DNA of 64,000 bases from Eledone cirrhosa (GCA_964016885.1 OZ024742.1:129642001-129706000); one strand, 5' to 3'; shown: positions 1 to 13,164, counted from the first letter of the stretch. The notes: generated from the letters alone by a model not told the origin. Program-made: numbers and translations.

Positions 1-2000
1 CATCTCACACAGGTATCATATAACCGGCCTTTCTTTCACAGGGAGAAACCCTTCTTTGTCAACAGAGGAAGCAACTCCCTAAACTTCTTCCAACCCGTCT
101 TTATTCTAGATACTATTGCCTCGGAGCACCCCCCCCCCCCTGCTAATCTGATCACCTAGGTACCGGAAGCTATCAACCACTTCTATAGGTCCTACTTGCA
201 TTTGAAAAATGTGTTTATTACTGTGACTTCTACTGTCAAATTTCCCTGTACATCTACTGCATATGTAGTTTTCACTACCTGTTAGTTTGCCTGCTATCCC
301 ACTACATCTCTTGTGTACCCAAGATCTGCAATTTGTGTACATTTTATAGAATTTATGCCAGCTCCTTTTCTACATATCAAGCATGGCCATTTCCCTCATG
401 GAATCAGAGTTTTGTCCTCTTTTCTACTTAACAACACTTTTGTTTAGCTAGGTTCACTCTCAGTCCTCTTGATTCCAACTGCTGTTTCTATAGCCAGAAT
501 ATATTCTCTAGCTCCTCTACTGATTTTGCTATAAGTACCATATCATCAGCATAGAGAAGTTCTCATAGAGAGCCTGTTTTAAACTCCTCTGTTATGGCTT
601 GGAGGACTATAATGAACAAGAGCGGGCTGAGGACCGAACCCTGATGTACTCCTACTTGTATCTGGAATTCCTCACTAAACTCCATTCCTACTCTAACTTT
701 ACTGACAGCACCCCTGTACATAGCTTGCACTGCCCTCACAAGCCATTCCTATACACCTAGTTACCTTAGGGACCACCAGATGACAAATTGGGGTACCCTA
801 GCAAAGGCCTTCTCTAGGTCAACAAAAGCTAAGTATAGTGGCTTATTCTTCTCTAAGAACCTCTCTTGTAATTGTCTCACTAAGAAGAGGGCATCTGTTG
901 TACTTTTCTCAGGCACAAAACCAAACTGCATCTCATCTAGTTTGATCCTTTCTCTAATTAGTTGGGCTAGTATTCTTTCTGCCACTTTTATAACGTGATC
1001 CATCAGTTTTATGCCCCTATAATTGTTCCTCTCCAGAGCATCCCCTTTACTTTTGTAGCAACTTATAAGAATACTGCTGCACCAGTCTCAATATAGCTTG
1101 ATTGACGATTCATGCAATCAGTTTATTTCCTACTTCTCCTGATGCCTTTAGCATCTCAGCAACTATCCCCGATGGTCCAGCGGCCTTACCACTTTTCATT
1201 TCCTTAATTGCCTCTTGGACCCTATAGTCGTCAATCTCAATAGCTGGTCCCTCTGTTGAGTCTACCAGGGGCAGTTTCTTTCTCTCCCATTCGTTCTCCA
1301 CATTCATCAGTCTCTCATAATGAGATTTCCAGGCCTGCTTTTTCTGATCATTAGTGACACTAAGTACACCAGCATCATTTTGAACACACTTATCTCCAAC
1401 AACATCCTGATTTGCACTGACACACTGCCTTGCAATGCGGAACACCACACATCTCTGATCTTCCCGTCGCAGAACATTGGCAAACCTCCTACTCTACTCT
1501 CAGCCTCCGTGCTAAGTACACCTGACATCTAGCTTCTCTCTTAGCGGCTTTGTATCGGTCTCTACTCCCACCATTTCCCCAAGTATTCCCTGCTAGTTTT
1601 TTGTCTCTAATGGCCCTATCTACCGTGCTGTTCCACCACCAGGTCACCCTCTGTCTGGTCAGAGTTCTGCTCCAGCCACAAGTTTCTTCAGTAGACTGCA
1701 GTAAGTTGTCACGTAAGAAATTCCAGTTATCATCTATGTCATATGATTCTAAATCGTCTTCTTTTTCGTCATACACATCTTGAAGGACTTTCCTAAATTT
1801 ATATTTTAGTGAAAGGTCTTTTAGCTTCCAGACCTTCCTTTTCCACACTTTCCTGTATGTTTCATTTTGTCTCTTGCTTACTGAGATATTACTAACGACT
1901 AACCTATGCTGGGGGGTGCATTCTTCCCCGGGGTATGCCTTAGTATTTGACACCATCTGTTGTTCCCTAACTAGCAAGAAGTCAATCTTATGTGTTCGCC
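1..2000 (-). mobile_element. RTE-clade non-LTR retrotransposon fragment (end of APE domain, RT, PHD finger), frameshifted
   Basis: Minus-strand ORF pieces: IDFLLVR..EECTPQHRLVV, TWWWN, KAAGPSG, QFGFVP..STTDA, AFVDLEKAF, WVHKRCSGI, FRYLG. Collinear with the copy at 37281-40284 and runs off the window start. Confidence 0.93.
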
Positions 2001-2797
2001 TAATTGGTAGGTTATTAGGTGGTTGGTAGGTTTCTTGAAACACCAACCACCTTATAGAGTTTAGTGTGTGCATTTTTTATGGCACCAGCATTACCACTTT
2101 ACAGAGTAGACTGAGCATATTTTATCATGGAACCAACACTAACATGATACAGAGTATGCTGGATAAATTTTAACATAGCACCAGCACTAGAAAGGTTAAC
2201 ACATGTTCGGCTAGACTGAAGAGTCCTCTCAAATGCTTCTAATTTAGGTACAAGTCCAGCAATTATTGGGAGTGGATGTTGATTGATCAACCCAGTACTT
2301 GACTGGTACTTTATTTCATCAATCTCTGAAGGGATGAAGAACAAAGTAGCATTATGACAAGATTTGAACTCAATATAAAGAGCCAAGAAGCTTTTTGCCA
2401 ATCTACCACCCGTAATAAATTATAATAATTGTGTCTGAGTCAATGGGTGAGCCTCTAGATCACCGGCCCTCAGAGGTTGTTTTTACTTCAAGCTCTAGTT
2501 GGTATTTTATTTTATCAACCCCAGAGTGATGTTCTCAAATCTCACTGGTTGGTAAACTAAAGTACCTGTCATAAACTGGTCGATTTAATCAACTAACCTC
2601 TCATTAAATTTATGACTTTGTGTCTATTAGAAATTCTTATCATTTTTGGTAGACTCATTAAAGTATCGGACAAAATCCCTTTTGATATTTGTTCTGTCCC
2701 TTTACGTTTTGAGTTCTAATCCTGTCAAGATCAACTTTGACTGTCTGTCCACCAAGCTACTAGCTACCTGTAATCTATTTATTTATCTATCTACCTG

Positions 2798-5700
2798 CCA
2801 TTTTGCTGCGGAAACACCTGGACCTCGTAACACAGACGGTACATCTGGACCCGGAGGGTCGACTGGTGGTCCTAGACGTTGACGGTAGTGAAGGTGGAAC
2901 CTTCAGGCTGGTGGCCGCATATGCCCCATCCGGGACACCGCAGCCAGACTTCTTCAAACGTCTAAAAACTTTTCTGTGAACGTCCCGCTCCCTGCTGTTA
3001 GTGGGGGACTGGAATGGAATCCTAGATGCACGTTGTGACTATGTGGGAGCATGTCCCAATAGAGGGGTGTGTAACAGCCTCAAACAGTTAATCGGCCGAT
3101 TTGACCTGGCTGATAGATATTGACTAGATTTTCCGACTGTGCCACTGTGGACGTGGATTAATCGTAGCGGAACATCTAGATCATACCTAGATAGGGTTCT
3201 AGTTAGAAAGAAGGATAGGGACATGTGAAGCTGTCCACAAATGTTCATGGTTGCCTATTCAGATCACAAATTAGTGACCTGCTTAGTCAACCTTGACAAA
3301 ACCCATAGACAGGGACCTGGCTACTGGAAGCTGAACTTGTCGTTACCGACATGCAAAGCCTACAGTAGACGGATTAGCACTTTAGTTAAGCAGCACTTGA
3401 CGGGGGCCATTGTCAACAACAAATGGTGGTACTCTCTCAAGAGGGCAGTTAGATTAGACTCAATAGGTTTTAGTAAAGAATTAGTGTTAGATAGAAAAAA
3501 GACCGAAAAGGAACTGGTAGATAAAGTAGAAGAGACACTTAGGAGTGGCAACGTAGCCAGCGTGCTAGCGACGAGAACGGCCTTGGACCAGTTCTTCGAC
3601 GCAAAGCATGAAGGCTGCGTTGTCAGAAGCACAATACATGCTCTGGGAAACGAGGGAGCCAAAGCTGTTAGCTGGGCCCGAGTGACGGAGGCGAAAAGTG
3701 TCAACAAGTCCATGATTCGGTCTTTGAAGGACCAAGACGGACGCGTGATACGTGAGCCGAAGCAAATGTACGCGGCCTTTCAGCGGCACTTTGCTCAACT
3801 GTTCGGGCTGGGCGGTGCGCCGGGAGAGGCTATGGATTTTGGTTCATACCTCGACTGCCTAACGCGACTCACGAACAGCGAGGCGAAGTTCTGCGAAAGG
3901 CCGATTTCGACCGCTGAGATAGAGGACGTGCTGAGCCAATGCGGCAAACGCAAATCTCGAGGTCTCGACGGTCTACCCTACGAATTTTATGTAGCAATGC
4001 CGAACTTGTTCTCCGGTCTCCTGGAAGCGGTCTACTGCAACTGGCAGCAGAACGGGAGAATTCCCAGTTCTGTGACCAAGGGCGTAATCACGTTAGTCAG
4101 GAAGGATTGCTGCAATGCACAACAGCAACATCTGCTCAAGGGTCAAGGTGAACGGCTACCTCTCGGAGCCGTTCCATATCACGCGATCCATCCGACAGGG
4201 ATGCCCTCTCTCCTCCCTTCTGTACGTACTGACTCTCGAGCCACTACTGCGGAAGTTGGAGCTATTGCAGGGCATCCCTTTGGAACTGGGACTGCAAAAA
4301 GCGGCGTCGGCCTACGCTGACGACGTGACAGTAATGGTGTCGAGCACCTCGCAAATCGGGGAGATCGGCACCTTACTGGAGGAATACGAAAGATTCACAG
4401 GAGCGAAGCTGAACTGGGACAAATCCGTCGGTTTGCAACTCGGAACGTGGAGAGGCAAACCGATGCCTTCCAATGATGTCGACGGACATTGGACGGAAGG
4501 ACCGGTAAAGCTGCTCGGGGTCTGGTTTGGTCCTGACCTCCAGGTGGAGAAGAACTGGAACGAGATGACGGCCAAGGTGTTTGCGTTCACCCAGAAGTGG
4601 GCCGAGTGCAAACTATCCTTGAAAGGTCGAGCGGAGGTGGCGAACACTTTTATAGCGTCCGTCATCTACTACCGCAGAACTGTTGTGCCTTGTCCAGCCA
4701 AAACACTCACCAAAATGGAGCGCGCGCTCTTCCAATTCCTTTGGAAGAAACGGGCTCCTTTGGTGAGAAGATCCATCTGCTGCCAGCACCCTTCAAATGG
4801 AGGGCTGGGGATGCCGTGGCTAACGATGCGCAAACACACGCTCAGGCTGCGGCACTTCCACGTATTCCTCACCAGACAACTGGTGTGGGCCCCGTTCGTG
4901 AGGCGAGCCTTCCCACGACTCGTCTCGCTGACCGAGCTGCAGTCCTGGATCAAGCAAAGACTGAGGAAAATGGGTGACTGGCACATCGAATGTGCTCAGG
5001 CGCTCACAGTCCTCTGGCAAACGGACCCGGCGATCAGTGGAGACTCCACTTCGACATTCTATAGGTTGGTCCGCAGCAAGTGCGACGACATGCTCAGAGA
5101 AACTCTAGGTGTAGAGGAGGACGAACTGGCCAGTCTATTCGGTAGGACCTTCCGCCCGGGACCAATGGACAACTTCTAAAAGTCCCTGGCCTGGCAGTGC
5201 TACCGAGGAGCTCTACCAGTTCGAGACAAGCTCTACAGACACGGGCGCCCGGGTAGGGACCCTTCGAAAAAGATCTGTCCGAGATGCGTGCGCGATGAGG
5301 AAACCATCGCACACGCATTTGTACACTGCCCGGGCGTTACCGACCTGTGGGGTTATGTAGAACGACTATTGTCGCGGGTGGGACCAATCCAGTTGACCAC
5401 CGAGTCCATTGTCATAATCAAACCACCACCCTCCTTCAAAAACGAGGGAGAGGTGGTTTTCCTATGTGTTATGGCTATGGTGAAAGAGGTTATATGGTGG
5501 ACGAGGTTAAAAGGGCTGAGGTCAGACACCTTTCTCTCCGGCGAGCAACTGATTCGCTTTTTCAAATATCATTTTGGAGAGAGAGGTGCTGTACCCCAGC
5601 AAGTTTTATGAAAGGTGGGTGAATGTGGCAAAGATGGCCTGAGTGGTTGGGCCTTCTCTCTATATAAGCCTGTAGGTTGAGGAAAAAGAGGAAGAGAGGA

Positions 5701-5908
5701 AGGGAGTACTCACTCTTGGTGCTCCTGGAGATGAGGGTTGTACATTTTTTCAGGGTGTGTACAACCCCTGTGTAACACCTCCCCCCCTATTGGGGATATC
5801 AATTGTTATTTGTTATTTTATTAATAGTTTTATTTTCATATACCTGTATGTAAACTCTCCATTTGTATTTGTCCCCTTCTTTTGTGCCCTTGTGGCTAAT
5901 AAAGAAAT
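2798..5908 (+). mobile_element. Tx1/L1-clade LINE ORF2 (APE endonuclease, RT, C-terminal CCHC-type zinc finger), 5'-truncated, internal RT deletion
   Basis: APE motifs AYAP, VGDWN, YLDRVL, SDH, GPGYWKLN. RT motifs GLDGLPYEFY, IRQGCPLS, AYADDV, LLGV. C-terminal CPRC..ETIAHAFVHC. Stops and frameshifts present. ITLVRKD joins directly to SRVKVNG near 4107, so the middle RT motifs are missing. AATAAA at the 3' end (5898-5903). Confidence 0.92.
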
Positions 5909-5909
5909 G

Positions 5910-6410
5910 TATCTACCTACCTACCAAGCTACTAGCTACCTGTTTATCTATTTATTTATATAGCTATCTACCTACTATCTACTTGCATTGGCCTACTTAC
6001 CTACAGACCTACTATTTACCTCTTTATCTACCTATCTACTTACCTCCCCATCTATCTGTCAGTCTGTCTCTTTGTCTATCTATCTACCAACTTACTTTTC
6101 TACCTACCTACCTATCTTTCTACTTATGTACTACCTTCTTTTGTGCCCTTGTGGCTAATAAAGAAATTTACCTATGTACTTACCTACCTATCTACCTACC
6201 TACCTACTTACCTACCAACCTACCTATGTACTTACCTACCTATCTACCTACCTATGTACTTACCTACCTACCTACTTACCTACCAACCTACCTACATACC
6301 TACCTACCTACCAACCAACCTACTTACCTATCTACCCACATACCTACCTACCTACCAACCTACCTACCTACCTACCTACCTACCTACCTACCTATTTTTC
6401 TATCTATCAA
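5910..6410 (+). repeat. (CTAC)n/(CTAT)n degenerate microsatellite
   Basis: Tetramer repeats seen directly; they produce the spurious LPTY-repeat ORFs. Confidence 0.95.
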
Positions 6411-6934
6411 TCACTATTCCCTTAACTACATAGGAATATATATAATATTCAAAACAAATGCACTTTTGCTACTGCAATAGAAATCATATGTATGGTTATA
6501 TTTGATACTAGAAAACCAGTTGGGAAATCAGTGGTTCCTATCTTGCTTCTAGCAATATATTTTGTTATTCTATCTGCATGTCTAAAATTAAACTTAATTA
6601 GATACGTTTGAAAAATTGTAAACAATTATATTTTTATACATTCTCTTCACAAACAGAAAAAGAAGACATGAATGAACTAGTTTCATTCCTCATTGAAACT
6701 TCATCAGTAATTGATTACCAAAGAGATTACTTAAAAAAGACACTTGTTTATGCAGTGTGGGCAGAGATCTATAAGTTTATTCTATGTCAGAAACAGTTGC
6801 ATATGAGCAAGACATGGTCACTTCACCTGACTCATATAAATAAATTTACATTAGTAGAATAACATAACAAATATGTTTTAAAATAACAGATTAGGACAAT
6901 AGGACTGATGAGTTAATATCTGTATACAACACTA

Positions 6935-7522
6935 CAACGGTACGCGATGGGGCCCACCCACAGCCCCAGTGGACAGAATGGAGAAGGCGTTTCCCCGGAG
7001 GACGGCAAGGGAGACACGCTGGAAAAGCCACTCCAACTCGTGGGGCTCATACCTGCGACTGGCCAGCTCAGCGCCTATGGTGTGAGTAAGGAGGTAGCCC
7101 TGGGGCCGAGGACACCAGAAGTCTCCACTGCCAGGGGTACGACCGCAAACCTGTCGGAGAGCGACCGGTATTTGAGGAGTTTGGCCCTCTCAGCCCGACA
7201 TGCAGCAGAACCTGGCTCAGTCGCAGACTGCACCAGGTTTCGGCTGCAGAAAGTGTTGGTGCAAGTGGCATCCCAGACGAGGGGTTTGCCACCGCGGAAT
7301 GGGAAGATGGTTATGCCATCTGGCCTTTTTGCCGTCCCCTTGATCCAGCCCCACTGGCTCGAGTTGGGAAGGGATGCCTGCAGCGTCCAAGCCATGCTTA
7401 ATGACCTCGTTGAGGGCAGCATGGTGTGGAATGCGGCCGGCACTGTGGCAACAGGAAAGCAGGTGGAGACCAAAAGAGTCCACAGTGGAACCGCAGCGAC
7501 ATTGGGGTGGCTGGCAAGTCAT
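6935..7522 (-). mobile_element. C-terminal fragment of an RLE-type non-LTR retrotransposon (CRE-like)
   Basis: CRCG..VDSFGLHLLSC (CCHC knuckle), RIPHHAALN (RHN-like), then after a frameshift RPDGITIFP..LVWDATC..AERAKLLKY..VPLAVETSG: the PD-(D/E)xK restriction-like endonuclease layout. Confidence 0.85.
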
Positions 7523-8179
7523 TAGAATGTTGGATAAAATGCATTTGTTCTTGTTTTCTGTGATGGAAAACATCAGAAATCTCTAGCCCAGAGTTCTAAC
7601 ATGGTGGTAATGCCAAAGTAAGTCAGGCATCGTTCAGAAAAACAAAACAACACAAAGACAAACCTAACAGAGAATGGAAAACAGTAGGAAAGTCATATAG
7701 ATACGAAAAACGAATGATGAACAGAAAAAATGTTAATAAATACCTGAGAAAAGATAATTGACAGGTAAGAATGAAAGGGCTGTGATACGAAAATCAAATA
7801 GCCAGTAATTAGACTTATGGGACACACAGTTACAACATAGAAGATACAATACTATATGAAGGATAAAAGGACTCACAAGAGACACAAAATGCATTTAGCT
7901 GCATGAGTTGAACGAGAAAAGAGAGAATGTGATAACTGTTTAATTTTCACCGAAAAATATTTTTGTAATGCAGGTTAACTGCAAAAAAATATTTATATTA
8001 GTACTATTAATAACTTAAAAAATTTAGATTAATAGTTACTGCCCAAAATACTTTGCATTATTCAAAGTCATCTCTTCGTGTTGTGAGTGCAAATCCTACT
8101 GAAGCAAATTTTCACATACATTTCTCTAGGTTTAATCAAATTTAGTACTATTGGGGTGTAATAACATTACAGTATAAAT

Positions 8180-8549
8180 CAGAGGTTCTTAAAGTGGGTG
8201 CTACCGACCCACGGAGGGGGGGGGGGGGGCTTGATAAGGTGGGGGGGGGGGCGTTGATAAGATCTAGGGGGTACTGGGGTCTAAGTAGGCTGTAGAGATG
8301 ATATAATAGCATATTAAATATCAAATGATACATATTATATATAAATATATTAAAATAAAAAAATGTATAATATATATTTATACATACATAGTATATATAT
8401 ATATTATTTATTATATATAAATTAACGATTTTATTTATTATATATTATTTACAATTTGCGTGTAGGTAAGTCTCTCTGGAAATAGGGGTAGGGGGTACTG
8501 AGGGTATTACATGGTCGTGAGGGGGGGGGGGAATGTTTGAGAATCTCTG
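8180..8549. mobile_element. hAT-type MITE
   Basis: Ends CAGAGGTTCTTAAA / TTTGAGAATCTCTG form imperfect 14-bp TIRs, flanked by 8-bp GTATAAAT / GCATAAAT (TSD with one mismatch). Confidence 0.75.
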
Positions 8550-8564
8550 GCATAAATGATGAAG

Positions 8565-8885
8565 CTCAGATGAGTTGAGTGAAAAACTAGGTGTCTGGGG
8601 GAATTAGATGCAGTGTACAAGAGAGAAGATTGCGCAGGTATGGACATGTTATACTTATGAATGATTATTGTTAGATGAAGTAGTTTTCAGGAATTCCTTC
8701 TGTGGAAGTGAGCCATCAAATAGAAAGGAAGAGCAGGTAAGATGTAGGTATAAGTGGGGGCAGCTTATCTCAGGATAATGAACCTCACAAAGATGAGAAA
8801 AGAATGAGACAAGTGGAGGGATGTTGTAGAGGAGATGACTCCCTTAACACATGCAAGCATGGAAAAATGAATGGTAGTGATCATG
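8565..8885 (+). mobile_element. Old RTE 3' fragment
   Basis: Decayed match to the ERRLRWYGHV region and to the CATGCAAGCATGGAAAA tail of the other RTE copies. Confidence 0.65.
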
Positions 8886-9539
8886 ATTGTATATATAAGG
8901 CATAGAGGTAGTTGAGAGAATAGAATGCCAGGCAAAATGTCATATGGTATTTAGTTATTTTACTTTCTATCCATCTCATGGGCCCTTAACTCCTTATGAA
9001 GTGGTAGGGCTGTTGTAGTGACATACGGCTCATCCTGGGCATGTTAACATGGTAGAGCCCATTTCAGTCAGATACATATATATATGTGGTTGGCATTAGG
9101 AAGGGCATTCAACCATAGAAACAGTTGCATATGAGCAAGACATGGACACTTCACCTGACTCGTCTGTTGTAACTACATTGGTATTAATACTATCAACGGT
9201 AACAACCATGTCTGACAAAAAGGGCTGCTAGACTGTGGAAGTGAGCTGTAGGAAGCGAATATAGGAACAGAAAAACATACAGATATAAATTTAGGTACAC
9301 ATATGGAGAACATAGGAACAAGCAGAACAAAGATAATACATAAATACAACAGTAGGTATACATACGGAGAACAAGGAACAAGGAACGAAGAACAAAGGGA
9401 TATAAAACACAGACCCTCATAAGATCCCATGTGTGCATACAAGCTATCCAGGGATCGTCTGATGTTGGGGTCGTTGTGAGGCCATGTCCAGCTCCCAAGG
9501 TCAAGCTTTGTACTGGTTCTCAGCCAATACAATTATGTT

Positions 9540-9990
9540 GTTAATCCGTACAGTCTGAGGAAGGTTCCAGTTGATCTGTGGTGGCAGGTGCTGAACGGGT
9601 TACTCCTTTTATTGATAACCCGTGTTCCCCTCCTGATTATCTCCATAATCTTGGTCGACACATAGATTGCATGAGTCATGCACTTCTCCCCTGTAGGGTT
9701 GGGCTAAGGCGACCTTGGACCACGATAAGGTGTATCCCATGTTGTCATTCTTGAGCCGCCACACCAGTTCGGAGGGGGCGGTGCTGTTTTCTTATCCACT
9801 CTCCTAAAGGTGTAGCAGTGGTTGTACCAGCGTTCCTTAAGATTATTAGCTGTAGCTCTGATATAGGTGAAGGTTTGGCTACTGGTACTCACTCTACATT
9901 CATAGACTAAGCTACTGCTAAGGCATTTGCATTCAAGGGGCAGTTACCAGGGTTTCTATAATTACAGTTCGGAGAGGTGTTGCTCCCTGG
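9540..9990 (-). mobile_element. Penelope-like element fragment (GIY-YIG endonuclease), decayed
   Basis: Minus strand reads NCNYRNPGNCPLN/fs/KCLSSSLVYECRV..TFTYIRATANNLKERWYNHCYTF, matching the CNC..CPL.G.CL..VY..YIG.T..K.R..NH pattern of PLE endonucleases. Confidence 0.8.
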
Positions 9991-10031
9991 ATTACCAGAT
10001 CATGCTGTATGATTGCTGAGCTTGATTCTGG

Positions 10032-10243
10032 TTTATATATATATATATATCAGTAGAAGGAAGACGCAGTAGAGGAACACCATGAAAAACATGGGCGGAG
10101 GTGGTGAGAGCAGACCTCAGATCGCTGAAGCTTACGGAGGAGGTGACAAAGGACCGTGACAAGTTGAGAGATGCTGTGCTGAATAGGACCTGTCCCTCCC
10201 TTGCAAACAGGGAAAAGTGGATGTAAAATGATGATGATGATGA
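10032..10243 (+). mobile_element. RTE 3' end with (GAT)n tail
   Basis: KTWAEVVRADLRSLKLT-like coding end and GTAAAATGATGATGAT tail, as at 37281-37440 (reverse). Confidence 0.85.
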
Positions 10244-10253
10244 TATATATATA

Positions 10254-11479
10254 CAGGAAAAAATAACACAGTAGTTTTATTTTTTAAGATATATTTATCA
10301 AACTTGGCTCAGTTTGTCTTCATGACTTGTTCTTTCGATCTCACTAGATAAACCCTCAAGGCGGCCTCGGAACCGGCTACAGGCCTTCGTCACGGTCCCC
10401 CGACTTAGGTCCCAAAAGGCACTTGTGATCCTGGCCTTCAGATCGTCTTTCGTATTGCAGCTAGATCTGTTGGTGTCTCATTCCACTGCGCCCCACACAA
10501 AGAAGTCGAGGGGGTTGCAGTCAGGCAAGCCAGATGTCAGGTGAAGTGTGGTCGACGAAGTTCTCTGACAGGCTTAGGTCTTTCAGCTGGTATCGCAGGG
10601 CGCTGAATCTTGCTGCCACATGTATGGCCTACCTGCAGCTACCTGGTTGATCCAGGGCTTTACTACTTCACTCTGAATGAGGATGTAACCATTGGTGTTC
10701 AGCTTGAGGCCCTCAGGGAAGAAGTGAGATGGCATGACGTCACCTTGACTGCTGACGACACCTAAGAGCTGGGAAACTTTGTCTGCATGACTCTGGGCAC
10801 GTCTTTGGATGAGACAGCGAGCCACCTGTTGTTCTGGGAGTTGATCTTCTGGTCTTGGCAGAAGTTTTTCTCATCGGAGAAAAACCACAGCATGTCTGGC
10901 TCCAGTGGGTGTTTCAACTTGTTGATCAGCTTCTTTGCGTGCTTCAGTCGCTTTTCTTGCATCGCCTTTGACAGAAATTGTCCTTTCCTCATCTTGTATG
11001 AAACATAGCAAATGTCTTCATGTACCACCAGCCTAATGAGCTTTTCATCCACGCCTTTCTCCCTTGCAATGGCACGCATCGACTTGCTAGGTTCATTGTT
11101 GATGATATCCTGAACTTCAGCAACGAACTCAGGCGTTCTGAAGGCGTCAGATCGTCGATCATGTCTTTTCCTCTCTGATGTTGCTTCGTAATCGAATCCT
11201 GAATCTTCCAATTCCTTTCTGACATTTTCCACCATTCTCCTGCTGACGCTGAGAAAGTCTGAAATTTCCTTATTTGTCTTACCGGCGCAGATTCCAAGAA
11301 GAACTCCGTGTCTCTTCCACAAATTTGGAGGTTCAAAATTATTCATAATCAATTATTCTGAAAATAATTAATGGAAATACAGTCACTGTTTTTATGAAGA
11401 CAAGAGTGACAGAGGAAGTTAAAAAAATTTGCATGAAATTAGCAGTTGAAAATTGTGAACAAATATCGTCCACACCCTG
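10254..11479 (-). mobile_element. Tc1/mariner-superfamily transposon fossil (DDD triad, maT/DD37D-like)
   Basis: ORF 10762-11352 has an N-terminal HTH-like region and WFFSDEKNF. Frameshifted continuation WQQDSAPC, then PDCNPLDFFVW at about 10493-10526. One end reads CAGGGTGTGGAC beside TA repeats; only CAGG remains at the other end. Confidence 0.88.
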
Positions 11480-11496
11480 TGTATATATATATATCC

Positions 11497-11913
11497 TTAT
11501 ACTTGGGGAGGGTCATATTGATGTAATAATATTGCCAGAAATAATTACAGAATACACTCACTGTTTGGTTGGTTTTCGCTTCTGTATCTTTTATATCTCC
11601 ATAGTTAATTTATTTGGCAATCAATGTTTATCATTGATTGACCAACGGTTAAAAATACAGATGTAAATATATATATATATAGTCTATCAAAGTTCTTTCG
11701 TTGCACATCTGCAACATCATCAGTGGTGCTATTATCATGTTCCCTCCTATCGTATTGTAATGTTTACGCCATTTTTATTTTATTTTCTTTATGTGCCAAA
11801 TAAATTAACTATAGACATATAAAAGATACAGAAGTGAAAACCAACAAAACAGTGAGTGTCTTCTGTTATTATTTCTGGCAATATTATTACAACAATATGA
11901 TCCCCAAGTATAA
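11497..11913. repeat. Diverged inverted repeat (about 120-bp arms) with a hammerhead-like core in the spacer
   Basis: Arms 11497-11619 and 11794-11913 are reverse complements. Minus strand 11696-11723 reads CTGATGA-T-GTTGCA-GATG-TGCAAC-GAAA; stem I/III are degenerate. Confidence 0.75.
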
Positions 11914-12114
11914 CAATATTTGTTCGACACATGATTTCATATCAAAAACCTTGCAAAACAAATTATATATATCTATATATAAATGTAAAAGTTCTATTTA
12001 AATTGTTGGGATACAACAAGCAAATATTTTTATAACTGATATAAAGCACTCAACAAATATTTGGAGTAAAAATACGATATTAACAAATGGAAACTATATT
12101 TATAAAACCATATT

Positions 12115-12179
12115 TATTTCATTATACATATTTCAAGGACACCAAGTTAAATTATGGTGTGCTTTCATCAGATAAAATA
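12115..12179 (-). ncRNA. Mirror copy of the hammerhead motif in the left palindrome arm
   Basis: Exact reverse complement of 12326-12390. Confidence 0.75.
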
Positions 12180-12325
12180 TAATATAGATCAGTTTTATAA
12201 ATAAATATTGACATACCCTTAAAAAATGCAACCATTACTGTTGGAAGCTCCCGGGAGCTTCCAACAGTAATGGTTGCATTTTTTAAGGGTATGTCAATAT
12301 TTATTTATAAAACTGATCTATATTA

Positions 12326-12390
12326 TATTTTATCTGATGAAAGCACACCATAATTTAACTTGGTGTCCTTGAAATATGTATAATGAAATA
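12326..12390 (+). ncRNA. Minimal type-I hammerhead ribozyme motif
   Basis: TATTTTAT-CTGATGA-AAGCACACCA(taatttaact)TGGTGTCCTT-GAAA-T(ATGT)A-TA^-ATGAAATA: 8-bp stem I with one GU, intact core. Confidence 0.75.
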
Positions 12391-12429
12391 AATATGGTTT
12401 TATAAATATAGTTTCCATTTGTTAATATC

Positions 12430-12498
<69 letters not shown>

Positions 12499-12594
12499 TA
12501 TATAACTTTAATAATAATAACAGTGTTGTTATTATTGGGTATATACTTAACCAGATGGTTTAAAGCTCAATACAATAGTTTCATGCAGATCTGA

Positions 12595-12940
12595 TATATA
12601 ATGAATAAGAAACACCAAAGAGTCAATATGCTGTCAAACTTACATGTTTCAAGGGAAAGAGATTCATCCTGAGGATGTGAGATTATAAAATCAGAAATCT
12701 TAGAATTTGCATAAGAAGAAAGAAATTTTGTCTAAAGTTCCATTATGATTTTAGACTTCAATCATCAGAAATAAGCTCAAAGTCTAAAATCATAATGGAA
12801 CTTTAGATAAAATTTCTTTCTTAAGAAAATTCTAAGATTTCTGATTTCATAATCTCACATCCTCAGGATGAATTTCTTTCAGTTGAAACATGTTAGTTTG
12901 ACAGCATATTGACTCTTTGGTGTTTCTTATTCATTATATA
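12595..12940. repeat. Inverted repeat (about 163-bp arms, 21-nt spacer), degenerate hammerhead-like
   Basis: Arms 12595-12758 and 12780-12940. The minus strand has CTGATGA in the spacer (12762-12768) and GAAACATGTA at 12641-12650; stem I pairing is weak. Confidence 0.8.
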
Positions 12941-13164
12941 TATATATATGGGATAACAAGTAATCGTTTTAAGTAATCCAGTTAGAGGTTGTGAGTACTC
13001 TGTATGATGGATAATTTTAACGTACGGCGTTGTTTGATTCAACAAGAAGTTTCCTTAGTTAGGTAGCGAGTTTGCAAGAATTCCCATGTAGGTCATTCTT
13101 GGAGTAATAGTAGTGAAAGAGGGAAGAATAACATGGTCGGCTGCACAAAAAGGGTTTTATTTAC

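Larger units (their letters stand above)
12072..12433. repeat. Perfect spacer-less 362-bp palindrome
   Basis: Centre CCC|GGG at 12252/12253. Arms are exact reverse complements out to 12072 and 12433; a (TA)n tract follows. Confidence 0.95.
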
